Assembly: GCA_964236955.1 (NCBI GenBank) | Contig: CAXSGP010000023.1 | Span: 1 to 51,683 of the forward strand | Direction: 5' to 3' | Length of the DNA: 51,683 nucleotides | DNA from: an uncultured Oligoflexus sp. | Lineage (GTDB): Bacteria; Bdellovibrionota_B; Oligoflexia; Oligoflexales; Oligoflexaceae | In this document: positions 47,807 to 51,683 of the stretch, in pieces | Layout of the letters: every line of letters starts with the position of its first letter | Position numbering within the stretch: the stretch's first letter is position 1 | The notes under the pieces: model-generated | What the model was told of the DNA's origin: nothing | Seen by the model: the letters and a program-made list of their open reading frames with translations, nothing else | Database searches by the model: none | Program-made: the position numbers and the translations under genes

Positions 47807-48748
47807 TTAAGGTAATGTATTAGGATTTTGATTAGGAAAACCAGTTATCTTACCACCTTTTATGAACCTCTGGTGTTCAAGTCCTTTGGCGCTAACTATC
47901 CATTCAAAAACCCCCTTATTACCATTAAGTTCCGCCTCCACCTGAAGGAGATTTTTAACAATACCGTCGAAATCACCGCGTATACTGGTAAGTTTCCCTT
48001 CCTTAGCGGCTATGTCTAGCATGTAAGATGCTGACCTGTGCATGACGTCTTCTTTCATGGCACTGCCTACGACCTTTGCACCCTTGATTTCTTCAACAAC
48101 TAGTTCGGCTTTCAGTCTTTCAAATTGCACAATGTCTTTTGGGTTGTGCTCGCCAATCTCCTTGATGAGGTTGGTATAACTTTTTACCTCATCAGCAGTT
48201 GAAGTCCCAAATTTCTTAGCAGAGTCTAATATTCCTTCCGCCATCTCAACATTCTTTGCTATCACAGCAGTTTCTTCAGCAGTCTTTTCAAACTTCCAAA
48301 TATCACCTAGCAATTCGATGTCTTTGGCAATGGTTACACTTCCCTTTGCAGCGCCTCCAAAGGGAATCATGGCTGCACCTAGAATTGCCATGCCCCGATA
48401 AAATCCTTGAACCGGCTCTCCTGTTAGAAACCCTCTACCCGTCTGAGCCTCATAATAGTCTTTAGACCATGAGATCAACGCAGCCGTCGCTATGATAGCT
48501 CCAGCTTGAGGCGCAACAATCCACAAGGCAATCGGTGCAGCACTAATTGCGATATCCAGGACCCTAATCCCTATTTCCTTTGCACGATCACCCCCATCAT
48601 TGTTGCCGAGCCGGTAAGCAGCCTCGGAGTAAGCAAGGGATTGGTCGGCAACAGAGAGCAACTTCCGACGAGGTTCTTTGGTATCTTCGGGTCCAGCTTC
48701 GATAGCTCGCGAGACATAGTTTCGATACGCCCGTGCCTGTTCAATTGA
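47807..48748 (-). pseudogene. polymorphic toxin: PT-TG domain + C-terminal toxin, N-terminally truncated by an IS630 relic
   Basis: KDYYEAQTGRGFLTGE (pre-toxin TG); CT HRSASY..DG..NLLQ..LNGNKGVFEW..HQRF..GFPNQ; upstream sequence is IS630. Confidence 0.75.
48209..48657. repeat. ~450-bp direct repeat, copy 1 (shared pre-toxin region)
   Basis: Near-identical to 51235-51683 at a constant offset of 3026. Confidence 0.95.
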
Positions 48749-49484
48749 TTGGAAGTTTACTGTCCAATTTGCGATTAAGTACATTCCTCAATTATTGAAG
48801 TCGATTGGCCTTAGCTTTCAAAAAGCTAAATTCGAGGCGACTCAAAAATCGTCCTTGGCTAGAAACCAATGGCTCACGGTGACTTCGCCGAAGATTCTGA
48901 GAAAAGCTAAACGGGTGAGAGGAAATACTTTGTTTGGCGATGAGGCATCTTTTGCGATGTGGGGAGTTTGTCATATTCCTGGGCACCAAGAGGCAAACAG
49001 CCCATCGTTAAGACTAAAGGGATTAGAAAGTCGGTCAAGGTTTTTGGTCTTATTGAATACGAAACAGGCCGTACTTTCTACGACGTCATCGATGAGAAAC
49101 TCAACTCTGCTTCATACATCAATTTCCTCAAGACGGTGTTGACCTCGACTCGTTCTCATCTGCTGCTGATACAAGACGGAGCAAAGTATCATCATGCAGA
49201 AGAGGTACTGCGATTCCTTGATGAAAAAAAGAAGAGAGTCACACCCTTTAAGCTCCCCGCATATTCTCCTGATTTCAATCCCATTGAGGGACTCTGGAAA
49301 AAGGTCAAAGCCAAGGGGACGCACCTGGTATATTTCAACTCTTTCGAGGAATTGATGAATCGAGTCGCCGCTACCATGGAATGGTTTGCCTCAAAACCGG
49401 AGGAAGTGATTCCCTTGTTTGGGAAATACGAAATCGCTTAACAGGGTGGGTTTGAAATCCAATTTATTTATCTGGAAGTCTATA
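48745..49484 (+). mobile_element. IS630-family element, 5'-truncated and frameshifted
   Basis: KFTVQFAIKYIPQLLKSIGLSFQKA, LFGDEASF, frameshift near 48960, WAPRG, IQDGAKYH, LPAYSPDFNPIEGLW; right end ..TCTGGAAGTCTATA. Confidence 0.88.
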
Positions 49485-49584
49485 GAAAAAACCAAGGCTC
49501 AAGATTAGTCATTTTTAAGTCGAACACCCTTAGATATTCTTTTGGATAATGGAACCAAGCAGGTTGCACAGCATCACTCAGCAT
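49483..49584 (-). pseudogene. immunity gene interrupted by IS630
   Basis: AAGGAG RBS, MLSDAVQPAWFHYPKEYLRVFDLKMTNLEPWFFL, then the IS630 terminal TA. Confidence 0.6.
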
Positions 49585-49594
49585 GAAACGCTCC

Positions 49595-49960
49595 TTATTC
49601 TGATGATCTAGTAACATATGAGCCATTGGGATACAACTTGCTCCAGGTTTTGTTTTGATTGCCGATTCTAAATTTTACAGCATCCTCCCAGGTTTTTTGG
49701 GACACCTGCGGAGGTTGTGAACCGTTCAATCATTTCGGTTGGTAAACTTTCACTTCCTGACCTTACGACAGCCTGGACATCATTTCCTTGTTCGGGATGC
49801 TGCCAGTAACCTTGTATTATCGACAGCAACCACAGTCCCATCTGATATTTTAACAACGTCAAAAGGATTTCCAACTTAACCATTTACACGCATGCTTTCG
49901 GTTATCTCCGCAACTCCATTTACCGTAGATTGTGAGAACTTTATAACGTCAGGATTGACA
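49595..49960 (-). pseudogene. ParB-like nuclease toxin C-terminus pseudogene
   Basis: Reconstructed VNPDVIKFSQSTVNGVAEITESMRVNG*VGNPFDVVKISDGTVVAVDNTRLLAA/GNDVQAVVRS..PK/TWEDAVKFRIGNQ..YPNGS; one stop, two frameshifts. Confidence 0.65.
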
Positions 49961-50139
49961 CGCTGAATAGAAGGCGCTGGACGACGTGATCGAGGCGTTT
50001 CTGGCCGAAGCTAGGAACGACGGCCGCTAACACTTCAGGCCGAGGCAGCCCAAGTCGCAACAGCGAATCTAAAGTCGTCCACCAAGGTGAGCCACACTTC
50101 ATTCCCACGCATCATCATTAGTCGCGTGACTCTCCGGAT

Positions 50140-50322
50140 CAACCAAAACCCTATCGCTGCCATCACTTTCGCCACTCACTTGCATACAACCTCCTGCTTA
50201 AAAGCGGCAGTATGTACTCGCTTCAAACCGTGCTGACGCATAAGCAGATTTCCATGACCGTTGATCTTTGTGGCAATTTGAAGGCGGCTGATGTTCAGAC
50301 GGTTAGCTCCCACCAATTCTGA
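50140..50322 (+). pseudogene. tyrosine recombinase/integrase C-terminal relic
   Basis: YRCHHFRHSLAYNLL..GSMYSLQTVLTHKQISMTVDLC: HxxR box; LGH is LTH; catalytic Tyr is Cys. Confidence 0.75.
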
Positions 50323-50395
50323 CTACCTTGTTTCCTGCCGGCCAACCATTTCACAGCAAGTAGATCGGGTGAATTCCATGAAAAATTTCCTATCT

Positions 50396-50794
50396 TTATG
50401 CACAGTAGTTAGACGATATTGCTGCCTTCAAATCGGCTAAGCATTTGTTTACCTTGGCAACCTCATAATTCTTGCTGTATTTCGTGCCCCAGATATCATC
50501 AAGATTATTAAGATAGTCATTGGAGATTTCATTACCAAAACGTCTGACCGTAGCAATTGACTGATCTATAGCCACCAAAAATCTTTCCCTAAAAAGATTG
50601 TCCTTCAATGGCTCCGATAGCGATACGATACCAGCACCTTCGAGGTCCCATCTCCACTGCTCCCAAATCTTCGCTGATTCGGCTGAAGTGTCTTTGGCAA
50701 TGAAGTTTTTCTTTAACAAAAGAAAGACAATCATCGAAGTCAGGTCATACCATAGCAAGTCAGTTTTAAGCACCTCAAAGTTTACGTGACCCAT
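50396..50794 (-). CDS. putative immunity protein
   Basis: AT-rich ORF immediately after the toxin stop (50800), GGAG RBS. Confidence 0.65.
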   Translation of the reverse strand: MGHVNFEVLKTDLLWYDLTSMIVFLLLKKNFIAKDTSAESAKIWEQWRWDLEGAGIVSLSEPLKDNLFRERFLVAIDQSIATVRRFGNEISNDYLNNLDDIWGTKYSKNYEVAKVNKCLADLKAAISSNYCA

Positions 50795-50799
50795 TATTA

Positions 50800-51683
50800 T
50801 CACTCCAAATATTCTACGGGCTTAGTTGGGTTCCCGTTCTTGATTGTATTTTTGATCAATTCCTTCTCAGCCTCGTTGAATCCATATAAATCTATAACGA
50901 CCTTATCGACAGCTGTATTTGGCTTTAATGCGCTCTTTGCAAAAGTTTCAGGGTTGTATGCTTGGGGCGGAATCGGGTCCATATTATTTTGCCTATACGG
51001 GCCTTTAAGACTTATTTTCTCCCCACTACTTACGTTTACAAAATCAATACCCTCTTCGCCTGTTTTGGCTGTTCGGAGTTTGACCCCGTTCTTGACTTCA
51101 TACCGCGCACCTCCGACTCCTTGTTTGAGGCGAATGCTCCCAGATTCTACGGTGTCATCAGCTAGCTCTACTGTACGTTTTAGAAAACTTCTTTCATCCA
51201 ATGAATTGCTACCGGCTCTACGTGCAGCGGCTAGAAAGTTCTTCGCAGAGTCTAGAATTTCTTCCGCCATCTCAACATTCTTTGCTATCACAGCAGTTTC
51301 TTCAGCAGTCTTTTCAAACTTCCAAATATCACCTAGCAATTCGATGTCTTTGGCAATGGTTACACTTCCCTTTGCAGCGCCTCCAAACGGAATCATCGCT
51401 GCACCTAGAATTGCCATGCCTCGATAAAAGCCTTGAACCGGCTCTCCTGTTAGAAACCCTCGACCCGTCTGAGCCTCATAATAGTCTTTAGCCCATGAGA
51501 TCATCGCAGCAGTCGCTATTATAGCTCCAGCTTGGGGCGCAACAATCCACAAGGCAAGCGGTGCAGCACTAATGGCGAGGTCTAAAACCTTAATCCCTAT
51601 TTCCCTTGCACGGTCACCACCATCATTGTTCCCGCTGCGGTAAGCAGCTTCTGAGTAAGCAAGGGATTGGTCGGCAACAGAGA
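50800..51683 (-). CDS. polymorphic toxin (PT-TG + distinct C-terminal domain), 5' end beyond the window
   Basis: Same pre-toxin region as the 47807 toxin up to ILDSAK; unrelated CT with GIDFV..KISLKGP and VVIDL.G (possible PD-(D/E)xK-like nuclease). Confidence 0.78.
   Translation of the reverse strand, partial: SVADQSLAYSEAAYRSGNNDGGDRAREIGIKVLDLAISAAPLALWIVAPQAGAIIATAAMISWAKDYYEAQTGRGFLTGEPVQGFYRGMAILGAAMIPFGGAAKGSVTIAKDIELLGDIWKFEKTAEETAVIAKNVEMAEEILDSAKNFLAAARRAGSNSLDERSFLKRTVELADDTVESGSIRLKQGVGGARYEVKNGVKLRTAKTGEEGIDFVNVSSGEKISLKGPYRQNNMDPIPPQAYNPETFAKSALKPNTAVDKVVIDLYGFNEAEKELIKNTIKNGNPTKPVEYLE
51235..51683. repeat. ~450-bp direct repeat, copy 2
   Basis: Matches 48209-48657. Confidence 0.95.

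Noticed and set aside
48749..48784. ATG at 48784 as the true toxin start
   Set aside because: These codons are the antisense of IS630 transposase sequence, so the native N-terminus was lost.
48950..48970. Programmed frameshift in IS630
   Set aside because: The break falls in a G-run after the first catalytic Asp (GDEASF), in an already truncated element; more likely decay or a sequencing error.
1..51683. CRISPR array, cas genes, rRNA
   Set aside because: No regularly spaced repeats, cas motifs or rRNA sequence seen; the repeats found are coding duplications.

Overview
Bacterial chromosome segment, roughly 48% GC by eye. Gene content (many lipoproteins, glyQS-type GlyRS, several c-di-GMP modules, FliA-like promoters) suggests Bdellovibrionota, possibly Oligoflexia; this is inference only. 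The window opens in the 3' part of a tRNA-Gly(GCC) gene followed by an IS200 relic. It then runs through housekeeping genes (htpG, corA, ispA-like, uvrA, glpX, glyQS, an M17 aminopeptidase, a DnaC-like ATPase, hemJ, an hpf-like gene) interleaved with secreted-protein clusters. Highlights: (1) a lipid-attack/oxylipin cluster at 15.9-23.6 kb with a phospholipase D lipoprotein, a catalase-related heme lipoprotein, a Tat-signal protein, a lipoxygenase, two small lipoproteins and a lipase-like lipoprotein; (2) a tandem pair of paralogous Cys-conserved lipoproteins plus an Ig-like lipoprotein at 37.3-40.8 kb, a candidate surface fibre or layer; (3) a tRNA-Leu(UAA) split by a 256-nt group I intron (45534-45876); (4) downstream of that tRNA, a decaying polymorphic toxin/immunity island with two PT-TG toxins sharing a ~450-bp repeat, a cryptic ParB-like toxin pseudogene, and IS630 and integrase relics; (5) about seven sigma28-like promoters and two candidate ncRNAs. 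All calls come from motif recognition by eye; no database searches were run.
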